A stretch of DNA of 54,590 nucleotides, filler included, from Squatina squatina (Eukaryota), in NCBI GenBank assembly GCA_031763465.1. It is 3 parts of 3 records of this genome, joined end to end, with 100 filler letters (N's around TTAATTAATTAA, not from the genome) between each part and the next. Parts side by side here need not be neighbours in the genome. Positions count along the whole stretch, not along the records: positions 17,923 to 41,340 come from JARFOE010000120.1; positions 41,441 to 54,590 come from JARFOE010000115.1; 1 more part is not named here. One strand, 5' to 3'. Shown here piece by piece: positions 35,771 through 46,700 of this stretch. The position numbers and the translations under genes were made by a program. Numbering within the stretch: the first letter of the stretch is position 1; each line of letters starts with the position of its first letter. The notes beneath the pieces are model-generated. The model was given only the letters and a program-made list of their open reading frames with translations, was not told where the DNA came from and did not search any database.

Positions 35771-36419
35771 AAAATTTCCTTTGTATGATGATCTCAAACA
35801 GTAGAATAGATCGATTCTTCACTGCATATTAGTAGTGATGTAAGAATCAGTTTGGTCCTTTTCTGTCACCACAGCCTGGGCAGTGCCAACCCTTCACTCC
35901 TGGCAGGACTCACTCAATGACAGAAGCATTACTGCCTCAATCTTTTACAATTTGCCTGAAGGACATTTAGCCTCACAGTCCCTTATTAATCAAATTAAGT
36001 AATACTGGCAGCTCTGCTCACCCTTTCAAGTCAGATTTCTTCATATTTTAATCAGTCCGTCGTGCTCATCCAGTAAAGCACCTAATGGTGCTTCCGTGTC
36101 CCCCAAGGGGGACCATGTCCCTCTCTCTTTCAGTTGTGTTTTAATGATGTTGATTAATGTGCTAAAATGTTCTCGGGGATAAAACATGTCTTGTATGCCA
36201 ATGACACAGTCCTTGAACAAGACACAATCCTCTGCTCTTCAGTCTGATGTTATTTTAACACATATTCAATTTGTCTTGGTTGCCCTTCAGACTAAGGCTG
36301 NNNNNNNNNNNNNNNNNNNNNNNNNNNNNNNNNNNNNNNNNNNNNNNNNNNNNNNNNNNNNNNNNNNNNNNNNNNNNNNNNNNNNNNNNNNNNNNNNNNN
36401 CTTTTTCTGTTTTTAATCC

Positions 36420-36545
36420 TGTCAACGCTCACTGGCTGGGCGCAGACATGAAGAATAGCCACTTGAGCAAGGTACTGAAGGGCTGTCTGCACTCATGGAA
36501 CCCAATCCCAGCAGGAGCCCCCATCTTCAGGAGAGAAGAGGAGAC
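36420..36545 (+). mobile_element. 3' fragment of the second SINE family
   Basis: catgaagaatagccacttgagcaaggtactg..catggaacc..cttcaggagag; similar to 37620-37705. Confidence 0.5.
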
Positions 36546-36616
36546 AACTACAGGGAAAAACCCTTCAGGAAATGGCTTTATGAACCAGACAGAGACGCTA
36601 ACTTTCATCCACTTTC

Positions 36617-36622
36617 TTTATT
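36617..36622 (-). promoter_or_regulatory. Polyadenylation signal AATAAA of CRYBB1
   Basis: tttatt on the + strand, ~175 nt downstream of the CRYBB1 stop. Confidence 0.65.
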
Positions 36623-36797
36623 GGCGTCATAAAGTATATTTTGGATTCTGAAAAATCTGCTTTACATTGTAAAGTGTGGAAAAATTAGCTGACCAGAGTG
36701 AGTTAAAAATAGCGACTGGAACCTCCAACTTAAATGACTCCATCAAATAAATGAGCTGCATCAGCTTTTCCATCAGCTAGCGGAGCCGAGAGTTTCC

Positions 36798-36969
36798 TCA
36801 CTTAGTGGCGAACTGGAAGCAGCCTTTCTGGTGCCACTGCATATCTCTCAGGCGACGGATGGATTGGATCTGTGGCTGCTGGGCACTCCACTCATTCCAG
36901 TGTTTGTAATCTCCCATCTCAAACAGGTACTGGTATCCTCTGTATCCAGGGTACTGGTAACCAACCCAC
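36798..36969 (-). CDS. CRYBB1: Beta-crystallin B1 last exon (Greek key 4): [56 protein letters not shown]
   Basis: ccccattgcag|G TGG..., TGA at 36800-36798; [10 protein letters not shown] and HWNEW favour B1 over B2/B3. Confidence 0.9.
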
Positions 36970-37324
36970 CTGCAATGGGGGAGGGGGGAAAACATTATCA
37001 CCGTTCCAGTATCAGTCACTCCGCCGAAACCCTGTCNNNNNNNNNNNNNNNNNNNNNNNNNNNNNNNNNNNNNNNNNNNNNNNNNNNNNNNNNNNNNNNN
37101 NNNNNNNNNNNNNNNNNNNNNNNNNNNNNNNNNNNNCCACTGAAGGGAGTCAGGGTTTACAGTGCATCACGCCCCTCCCCCCCACCAGAACCTCAGCTAC
37201 TAAAAGCACTACGCAGCCTAGAGCTGCGTCGCACTGGCCAGGAGGGTCTCAGGCGTGATTTGCCGTCTCTGCCGATTGCGCCGTTTTCAGACGGGCGTCA
37301 GCATTCCTGTGTTCATAAATGACA

Positions 37325-37480
37325 GCTAGATTTTTAATCAGTAAGGGAATCAAGGGTTATGGGGAAAGGGCGGGAAAGTGGACTTGAGGAATGTCGGGTC
37401 AGCCATGATCTTATTGAGTGGCGGAGCAGGCTTGAGGGGCCGAATGGCCTACTCCTGTTCCTATTTCTTATGGTCTTATG
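37325..37480 (+). mobile_element. CR1 3' end with tail
   Basis: aagggaatcaagggttatggggaaa..cagccatgatc..ggcggagcaggcttgaggggccgaatggcctactcctgttcctatttcttatggtcttatg. Confidence 0.88.
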
Positions 37481-37484
37481 CTTA

Positions 37485-37710
37485 AGAAGAGGAAAGCCAG
37501 CCAGAGTTCCTGCTTCCGATCGCTAGCTAGTCACCCATGCTAAAAAATCTGTGCATCGGTGGCCAGCAGGTGAGGCCAAGATTGTGCTCGGGCGTGAAGC
37601 CCCTCCCGGAGTCACGTGACCCACTGTTTAGGCTCATTCATGAAGCATGTCCAATTGGTGGGCAACCAGCGTTCACGGAACTGTAACCCAACCCTTTCAG
37701 GAGATGAGTG
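37485..37710 (+). mobile_element. Body of the second SINE family
   Basis: agccagagttcctgcttccgatcgcta..ctgtttaggctcattcatgaag..ggaactgtaaccc..ttcaggaga. Confidence 0.55.
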
Positions 37711-38113
37711 AAAACTGGGCGAGGGAAGGCGATCACCAACCAAAACCCGGCTCTAATTTGTACATAGGTTCCAGGGTAAGACAATGGTTTTTGCTTGCTT
37801 GTTTTAAATTGAATGACTTAAATTCTTTAAGGCATCTTTTGTCTTTTCAGACTCCACTGCCCCTCGCCAGAGCTTCTCTTCATCATCCTGAAGCTCAGGT
37901 TTGGGACGGCAGCCAAACAGAGCCACAACGCTTCTTCAATCTACTAATAATGCTTGTCCGCGGAACAGCCATGAAATGTCTGCCTCAAGGTACGATGCAC
38001 AAGAGCTGCAGTATTCTTATATGAACTTGCTCAAGGATGAACTACTGTTTCTCCCTATGGTGTTTGCACTCATTAAATGAACTGCCGATGCCATTTGTGC
38101 TGGAGTTACTCAC

Positions 38114-38256
38114 GTGCCACTGGGAACCCTCACACTGCCCACACGGTCACAGAATCCATAAGCCCACAGGCTGGGTACATCATCCTCGGTGATCTCCATC
38201 TTGTTGCCTTGGAATTCAGCGATTTCAAACAGACAGATTTTGTGCTCTTGGTTATC
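38114..38256 (-). CDS. CRYBB1: CRYBB1 penultimate exon (Greek key 3): [47 protein letters not shown]
   Basis: gcttcacag| ... AC|gtgagt, 143 nt; splices in phase 2 to 36969; [18 protein letters not shown]. Confidence 0.92.
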
Positions 38257-40364
38257 CTGTGAAGCAATATTTTTAAAAACTGTTAGAGATTTTTTTAAAT
38301 ATATATTTTTCGCTGCCTTAATTTATAGTTACTTCAGTATATGGGGAGGTGTTTGGTTAACAAAAATCTCATCTGTGAGGTTTTTTTTTAAACTGAGAAA
38401 TCTAGATGACCGGTCAAGGCCCGAAGTGTAGGACATCGCCAACAGTGAAAAGAGTAGAAGGAAAGAATAATGAGATAATGATTATCAATATTTCCTCTAA
38501 TTTTTTTCTGGGTGCGGGTCCCTTTAGCGGGCTATGTGGCCCATTCAAATTTCCGCGCGTGTGCGGTTTTTCCATTTCAAAGCCGGTGAGCCGGCTGCGC
38601 AGGACCTCCACACTGTGGTTTAGCGGGAACATTGGGGATTATGTGACAGCAGGTTTGAGTTTTAAAAGCCTGTANNNNNNNNNNNNNNNNNNNNNNNNNN
38701 NNNNNNNNNNNNNNNNNNNNNNNNNNNNNNNNNNNNNNNNNNNNNNNNNNNNNNNNNNNNNNNNNNNNNNNNNNAAAGGTCAGTTAACTTTAAGCCAAAT
38801 GAGCTCAAATCAATTCAAAAACAACATGAGGTGATTGGCCAAATTTAATCATCCGGCAGCATAATGGCAAGTGAGTGAATGGAGAAAACCTCTCTGTTCA
38901 TGTGTTGCCGGGAAGGACAGCTTCAGTTTTAATCCAAATATAGACCCAGTAAACTATTGCTGTTTTAAGCTCCCTGCCCTGCATTAGCATCCTAGATAAT
39001 GGCCACATAACGATATGTAATTGCAGTCAGCAGGCAGACAGAGGTAAATAATACATTGCGAAGAAATTGAATCGATCAAAGTAACTAAGCCTAATTATAT
39101 GTCACAATCCTTAATGTGTTTTCACTCAGAGTGTGTTTTCTGTATTGTTTATTGCACATATCCTGCAATAATAAAAATTTTTTAAAACATTTTAGAATTC
39201 TTTTGATGGCTTTCATTAATGTGATGATGTACAATGTGATGGCCCTGTTGGGATTTCCACAAAGTGAGCTTTTCTGAGGCCTGCAGTTACCATGGCGATT
39301 TTCTTAACATAATTTTCTTTTTAAATTTCAAGTCGCTCTATCTAACATGCAGATAATGGTGAAACAATTCTCCTTTGGAACACACATTTTGCTTCTATTT
39401 GCAGTATTTAAAGCTGCTTTTTGCACTGTGCGAGGCCTGTGGGACGGTCCCTGTCACATGGGGCTCGCACNNNNNNNNNNNNNNNNNNNNNNNNNNNNNN
39501 NNNNNNNNNNNNNNNNNNNNNNNNNNNNNNNNNNNNNNNNNNNNNNNNNNNNNNNNNNNNNNNNNNNNNNNNNNNNNNNNNNNNNNNNNNNNNNNNNNNN
39601 NNNNNNNNNNNNNNNNNNNNNNNNNNNNNNNNNNNNNNNNNNNNNNNNNNNNNNNNNNNNNNNNNNNNNNNNNNNNNNNNNNNNNNNNNNNNNNNNNNNN
39701 NNNNNNNNNNNNNNNNNNNNNNNNNNNNNNNNNNNNNNNNNNNNNNNNNNNNNNNNNNNNNNNNNNNNNNNNNNNNNNNNNNNNNNNNNNNNNNNNNNNN
39801 NNNNNNNNNNNNNNNNNNNNNNNNNNNNNNNNNNNGACACCCATGCTAGCACAGGTCCAACACAGTATGAAAGCAGCGTTAAATGATAACAACACACTTC
39901 ATACGGGCAGTGAAATGTCCAGGGCATCTCTGTGGGCCCCCTTAGAAAATACATCTCACCCTGTAGAAATTTCTAAATCCGTTATTGATGCAAAGAGCAC
40001 TTTTGTTACTATTTTTTCCTGCAATACAAGTGATATAATATTGACTTAAACCTACAACTTAGGTTACGACAAGCCTGTATGTTGGTTCTCTGCTAACACT
40101 AATAAAAATATATTTTTTTAAAACCCTCATTTCAAACCAGACTGCAGCAGATGTGATGCGTCATGAAATAATAAGGCTGCTTCCGGAAGTTGGTCTTACG
40201 ACTTCCTTAACTTGGGTCTTGGCAACTTTGCACCCAAAATACAGCAGACGTTTTGTGCCACTGTCTGGTCAAAACATCCACACAATTTGTAGAGTATAAC
40301 TAGCTATAATGCAACTTATGATCTACCACCGCCTTTCTTCCTTCCCTCTTCTGCTCTCCTGCAG

Positions 40365-40483
40365 ATCATTGTTTGGGATGAGGAGTGCTTCCAGGGCCGT
40401 CGGCATGAATTTACAGCAGAATGTTACAACATCATGGAGTTCGGCTTTGAGACCGTGCGCTCTATGAAGGTGGAAAGTGGAGC
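40365..40483 (+). CDS. CRYBA4: Beta-crystallin A4 exon (Greek key 1): [39 protein letters not shown]
   Basis: Long polypyrimidine tract ..ctcctgcag| ... GC|gtaagt, 119 nt; [15 protein letters not shown] is A4-type; head-to-head with CRYBB1. Confidence 0.92.
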
Positions 40484-40606
40484 GTAAGTATCTAGCAGCT
40501 TGGAAAGCAGCACTGGATCAATCCAAGAGAGTTTACGTAACAGAAAGAGGCCACGGAAAGGCGTCTAAATTGGGCACCCTGTCAATGCAATGAAAGCTAA
40601 CTGGTG

Positions 40607-41120
40607 TTCTACTTCTTCCTCTGTATGGTATTAGTAAAGCAAATCAAATGTCAATGTCTAAGTCGGATATCCAGGTCGAAGCTTCCGGTGTAACAACGTG
40701 GATATCTTGTAGGCTGCCTGCGAATTTCCTCTGAGGGCAGTGCTGAATGATATGCTCCAGGGTCCGATTAGGAGCTCCACAGTCGCCTGATGGGGATGCT
40801 TTAAACTTCCATCTATGGAAAGAGTGGCAGCATCTACCATGACCGGTTCTGAGGCAATTGATTGTTGTCCACTGTTTGTGAGGAAGGCTTGATCCTTCAG
40901 GTTGTACTGTGGGGTCCTCTTTAAGGAATCCATTCCATATGTCATAGTTCTTCCAAGAATTTTGCCATTGGTCATCAAGGCTGAGGGGAGACCACTGAAG
41001 GGCTTTGGCGATGGTCCAAAATAGCCTTCTAGATTAGTGGTAGGTTGTTCAAGTTGGCCTGGATTGGCATGCCTTTGCTGGTGTAGCAATTGTATTCTCT
41101 GGAGAATAACCTGTGTTGTT
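40607..41120 (-). mobile_element. Vingi/Ingi-like non-LTR retrotransposon 3' end
   Basis: A frame not listed in the ORF track reads SRRLFWTIAK..W..SW..EDPTVQPEGSSLPHKQWTTINCLRTGHGRC..RWKFKASPSGDCGAPNRTLEHIIQHCP..WISDLDIDI* (TGA 40646-40644), then a short UTR and a GAA-rich tail. Confidence 0.75.
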
Positions 41121-41149
41121 CTAATGAAAATAGACCCAATTTTTCCAAG

Positions 41150-41340
41150 TCTTTTTTGTATTTCCTCATACCAGACAGCATCCCAGTGAATCTGCCTTAT
41201 ATTCCTTCTAAAGTCTCAATATCCTTCCTATAATGTGGATCCCAATACTGCATGCAGTACTCTAACTGAGGTTTTATATAGACTCATCATTGCCTCTTGG
41301 CTTTTATATTCAATACCTTGTGATAAAACCAAGAATTTAA
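41150..41340 (-). mobile_element. Degenerate CR1 fragment
   Basis: gtgaatct..ctcaatatccttcctataatgtggatcccaatactgcatgcagtactctaa is the reverse of LEYC.Q.W.PHYRKDI. Confidence 0.7.
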
Positions 41341-41440
41341 NNNNNNNNNNNNNNNNNNNNNNNNNNNNNNNNNNNNNNNNNNNNTTAATTAATTAANNNN
41401 NNNNNNNNNNNNNNNNNNNNNNNNNNNNNNNNNNNNNNNN
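41341..41440. other. Artificial scaffold linker N44-TTAATTAATTAA-N44
   Basis: TTAATTAATTAA at 41385-41396. Confidence 0.95.
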
Positions 41441-42740
41441 AAATTATTACTTCACTAAATTGTTCATGAGACATGTGTAGAGCTGTTATACACTGATGAT
41501 AAGATTTTTTGATCAATCTCAATTATTATGACTAACCAGTTGATAAAACTCCTTCATTATGTGCTGATTTACAATTACAGGCTTCATCTTGCAGGTCTGT
41601 ACCATTCATTTCTGCACCAATCTGTGTAATTGTAATGTGACCGTTAAAGCAGAATAAAGTTAAAACCACTCACAGAGCAGACATTATACTATCGGTCACA
41701 TTTAAATAATCAGCGACTTTTGAAATCGAGATTATTCGAATNNNNNNNNNNCAAGCTAGTCAATAACTATGTGAAGTTAGTTCATTAATGCTATAATTCT
41801 AATAGACTGAGGGGTGAAAAACAGGTTCTCTGACAGCATTAAAGGAAAATGATAGAGCAGATCGAAGTAACTAGCCTCCCTTTTGCCATTGTCTTTTGCT
41901 TGGCTTATTCAAAATCTGGCATTTATGTATTCACAAGTGATGAATGTTGCATGCTTTCAGCACTGCTTTCCATCTACAATGCAATACCGATTGCACATTG
42001 TTCTTTCCAATATAATCTCTTGCTGTCAAGCCATTGTTGGCTGAGAGGTTGCAGACATTGTCTAAATAGCTTTTGCTGTAAACGGAAGGGATGATAGGAC
42101 AATGCATCATGAGAGTTGCTGTGGTCAAATGGCAGGAAGGAGGTACCAAGACCTCGCCATGGAGGAGACATTATTGACCCATGAATTTTAGCGGAACTCC
42201 GACAAACCAGGTCATTGAAGCATGGAAATTTATGGCACAGGAGGCCATTTGGCCCATCGTGTCTGTGCCGGCCTAATCCTGCTNNNNNNNNNNCCTAACT
42301 ATCTCAATTCTTAAAGTGCATTAATATAAGAATTACATTGGTCGTTCTTTGATGACTATTTGGCAGCATTTAACAAGTAGATTTCATGTTTATGGTGCTA
42401 GAAAATTGCAGTATGTGAGGACTTAGTATATTGCCAGGAGCAGAACAGCTTCCCGATTACACAAGTATCAGCAGCACAAACTCATGAGATCCATTTAGAG
42501 TGCCCTTTTGTGGCACCATAAACACTTTATAAATCAGAATAGTTTTATGCATGGTCATACTTCTCTGTAGCTTTAGCTGTTGACTTGTGACATCCAATGG
42601 GCCATTTGATCAGTAAAAATTATCCTCCAAATTAGAAAACNNNNNNNNNNNNNNNNNNNNNNNNNNNNNNNNNNNNNNNNNNNNNNNNNNNNNNNNNNNN
42701 NNNNNNNNNNNNNNNNNNNNNNNNNNNNNNNNNNNNNNNN

Positions 42741-43360
42741 CCTCATCTTCAATCGATACAGTCCTGCCGCCAGTCAGCAATGACCATTTCCATAATGGTC
42801 AGCACTACTTCCTCCTGGGGAGTTAAAGCATACAGGCGCGCGCCTGTCCCACCACCCCCATTCCCCACCCCCCCTCCCATTAATTCCTGCTGCCTCCTGT
42901 TGTGCACCACCTTCTACAGGAAAGAGGGAAGTGTGACAGTGAATGTCCTGCAATAAGTTTGGGTGATGTGGCTGTCATTGTTGAATAGATGCCAGTGTGT
43001 GCAAGCCATGAGATGTGGGTGCGAGGTTTGCAACAGTGCTATGTGTGTGAGGGTGAGGTAATCCATATGAATGTTATGAGTTCTGATTGAGAGATTGTTG
43101 GTAGGTGAGTGATGGGGTATGGTGAATTGAGCAGTGGGTGAGGCTAGTTGTGAAGTTGGCAGGATATGGTATTTGAAGATACACTCACTGACCTTGACAA
43201 CTCATGTGAGATCATTAAATTTCTACCTGCACTGCATCCAGGTCCTTGGGACTACAGTCTTGGAATTGATCTCCGCCACTATCTCTTGCCACTGTCTTCT
43301 GAGCATGTGTCTGGAGGGCTTCTGGGCCCCTAGAGGATACAGGACATCACTGTTCCCTCT
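42741..43360 (-). mobile_element. PIF/Harbinger Myb/SANT-like ORF remnant with intron (pseudogenised)
   Basis: Exon A (~43350-43193): DVLYPLGAQKPSRHMLRRQWQEIVAEINSKTVVPRTWMQCR*KFNDLT*VVK|gtcagt. Exon B from 42913: ttcctgtag|KVVHNRRQQELMGGG..(frameshift)..LTPQEEVVLTIM. Confidence 0.72.
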
Positions 43361-43575
43361 AAGGCGTGCGGCTGAGCACCCATGCACTGATTCTCAAGCT
43401 GCCGTGCCGTTGAATTGAAATGCTGCACAGAGCCGGGCAGTAGCTGGAGTTGGGGAGTGGCCCAATAAAACACCAANNNNNNNNNNNNNNNNNNNNNNNN
43501 NNNNNNNNNNNNNNNNNNNNNNNNNNNNNNNNNNNNNNNNNNNNNNNNNNNNNNNNNNNNNNNNNNNNNNNNNNN

Positions 43576-43790
43576 NTTTGTCGTTAGCTATTTCAACACC
43601 ATTCTTGGAGTACTGTACATGTGTCACTTATTTTTCCTTCCTATGTGGAGTATCTGTGGAGTAATTTTATCTGCTGTTGTTCCACTGATGTACTTATTCT
43701 ACCCTATTCATTCTATAATTTCTGAGCTGCCTCCTCTGATTCCACTGACACTCCTTGTTTGGTATCATCTGCAAATTTGACCACTTTTTT
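43576..43790 (-). mobile_element. Degenerate CR1 RT fragment
   Basis: ttggtatcatctgcaaatttgacc is the reverse of VKFADDTK. Confidence 0.65.
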
Positions 43791-46700
43791 AATCAGATCG
43801 TTCTGTGATTGAGATCTTTAGCTGTAATTCAAGTCTCAATGCCTGTAGTGCATCTAAAACAGGCCGGCCTGGTATGACACTGTTGATGCTGGAGGTGGCA
43901 CAGATAGTTTAAAATCTTGGCAGTTCAAGATAACTAGTTTGCTAATTGACCCCACAATAAACATTGCAGTCTCTCAGAGAATGTCCTACAGCTAGATAAT
44001 GAGAAGTGAAATGCTGGAGAATTATTGGGGACAGGATCATTTAATCAGATTTGACTTTGTATTTTACCAAATGAGCACACCAGCCCCCTTCTCAGCACCA
44101 CCTGCCCCTTTGCAGCAGCTGTTTGGAGAGTCAATGCTAACAGCCATTGCAAAGTCTTGCAACTTTTTCATCATTATTATCTATTTTAGTTTTATAGTTA
44201 ACTAGGCCTGCAAGCATCAGAGAAACATCCACAGCATGTTGTAAATAGTACAAATGTGACTTCTTGTGAATTGGCTACATCACCAGTGCAAGTTGCAATT
44301 ATAATGTGACTCTTCATAGGAAGGAAGGACTGGAGATTGGTTCTTTGATGCCTAAGTATCAAACCCCAATGCATATAATGATTTTCATTACTGTATCAAA
44401 GCCTTGGGAGACATGTTGAGATTTAAATCTTGCTTAGCAGCATTTTTTTAATGTCAAGTGGAAATTGACCTTACGAGAGCTGCACCTTTAACATTCAATG
44501 GTTTCATTGACACACCTTATGAATTCAAATTTGGCTTTATGTTATGCCACATAACACATATGCTCCAATTTCTCTCTAAACTGTTTGTTAAGTGAACAGC
44601 CTTAATGAGATTTTGCCTCAGGACAAATCAACTGCAGCACATTTCTAAAGCATAATGGAAAAACATCTTTCTTCTTTTCAACTTGCTGGGGGTGTTTTAT
44701 CATGTTGGAATATATAGATTATCAGTAAAATTTGTAGATAATCATTCTGAATAATTTTCTGCATTTAAGAATAACCTCTATTACCAGGCTACAGACTTAA
44801 AGGTAAGTGCTGTTTATTAGTTACATGCATTTAATCTAAAATTTTTCCTACTTAAAAAAATGTGAGATGGTCGATAAATGTTCAGTAAATCATCTGCCTG
44901 ACATTTTAGTGTTCACACTGAAATCCTATCCTGTTAATATTAAGTAGAGTGAGAAAAACAAAGAGGAAGAAAGGAAATGAAAAAGAGAGAGATGGTCGAC
45001 TGCAGTTTGTCAACTCCGGCTAATTTCTGCACATGCCTATTTTGCCGTGATCTGCCTTTCCCCTCTACCTGCCCAACTAGTTATAGCTCCAGACATTTTA
45101 CATATGTGATCCTTCTTATTGAGAGGATTAATGGTATTTGCTGGCTCCATATCACAGCTTGAGGTTCTCTGCAGGCGCTGCGAGACTTGGCCGGCTAAAC
45201 AGCCAGGCGATCAGGTGACACATCCATTATGAAATTAACCCTTGATGGCAAGGGAGCAAAAAGGTCTGAGTGTGAGCCCTTTCATGCCATAACTTTCTGC
45301 AGCTCAGGTGCCTTTACATATGTTGCTGCTGTGAAAACAGCTTTACTGTACAGTGCGTTCAATTACCCTGGAGAATTCCTCAGGAGCATAATTCTAGTCA
45401 GAGATTGAGAAAGGAAGGGGCAGTGACAGGAGAAGCTATGTGCTGTGTGCCAGTGAGCATCACCAATCAGCTACATTCAGATGAGGGCAAAAATTACATT
45501 TCATACCTCTATTGGCAGTCACTTTATGCGCATACTTCAGTGGAATCCAATTTAGCTCGAGAGATAGGGACGTTTATGCAGAAAATCTGTAAATGCATGT
45601 CCTGATGGTTGTAATGCAGGCACCAGTAAAGCTGAGTGACTGCAAATGAGCAGCTAAGAGAATTTTTTAAAAATCGCAATAGGCTGTGAGTCAGGTGCCT
45701 CTGAGAGACAGAAGCTGAAGGTAGTTGTCCCAGCTACTGAGATAAAGCTACATTACAAGTAATTAATGGAGGCTGCATGAGACNNNNNNNNNNNNNNNNN
45801 NNNNNNNNNNNNNNNNNNNNNNNNNNNNNNNNNNNNNNNNNNNNNNNNNNNNNNNNNNNNNNNNNNNNNNNNNNNNNNNNNNNNNNNNNNNNNNNNNNNN
45901 NNNNNNNNNNNNNNNNNNNNNNNNNNNNNNNNNNNNNNNNNNNNNNNNNNNNNNNNNNNNNNNNNNNNNNNNNNNNNNNNNNNNNNNNNNNNNNNNNNNN
46001 NNNNNNNNNNNNNNNNNNNNNNNNNNNNNNNNNNNNNNNNNNNNNNNNNNNNNNNNNNNNNNNNNNNNNNNNNNNNNNNNNNNNNNNNNNNNNNNNNNNN
46101 NNNNNNNNNNNNNNNNNNNNNNNNNNNNNNNNNNNNNNNNNNNNNNNNNNNNNNNNNNNNNNNNNNNNNNNNNNNNNNNNNNNNNNNNNNNNNNNNNNNN
46201 NGCAGATACCAGACACAAGCAAGTACCGGCCATGTTGGGAAAAGGATGGAGGCTTTTGTTCATGGTGTTGATGTAAAAATATATCTTTGTGATTGAAAAA
46301 AATGGCAGAGTAGCAATTTATAACAGTATTTTATGTAGTTATCAAGTGCTGTACCAAAAAGGACTGAATGCATATTTTATTAAGGAAAGTACATGCCCAG
46401 TGAAGATAAGCATTTGATTGTGCATAATACAGTGTAGTATCTGTATGCAGTGTCTCTTTGATCTTTGTGATTTACTGCTCTTAAAGGCACAGTACACTGC
46501 TTCTCAGTCTAAGTATAATGCATTTCAAAATTAACCTCAGAATCTGTACAGCATTGTCTCTGTGTGGCAGTGCCAGATGTTAACCTTTCTTTGGGACTAA
46601 ATCCCAATTCATGACAAATTGGGTTATGATAGAAAAGCCGTGATTATTATTTCATACTCTCCTAAAATTAGGCAATGCTAGGTGACTTTATGCAGAAGAT

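Noticed and set aside
36703-36712. Perfect MEF2 site TTAAAAATAG
   Set aside because: It is an isolated AT-rich 10-mer in the CRYBB1 3' UTR, and its distance to MYO18B is unknowable across gaps.
40658-41089. 143-aa ORF with an RNase H-like 'SIDGS'
   Set aside because: Wrong frame; an alternative frame carries the Vingi-like zinc-knuckle protein.
46202-46271. Possible C-terminal coding end (QIPDTSKYRPCWEKDGGFCSWC*) followed by UTR-like DNA
   Set aside because: Cut by a gap, all three frames are briefly open, and it is not recognisable.
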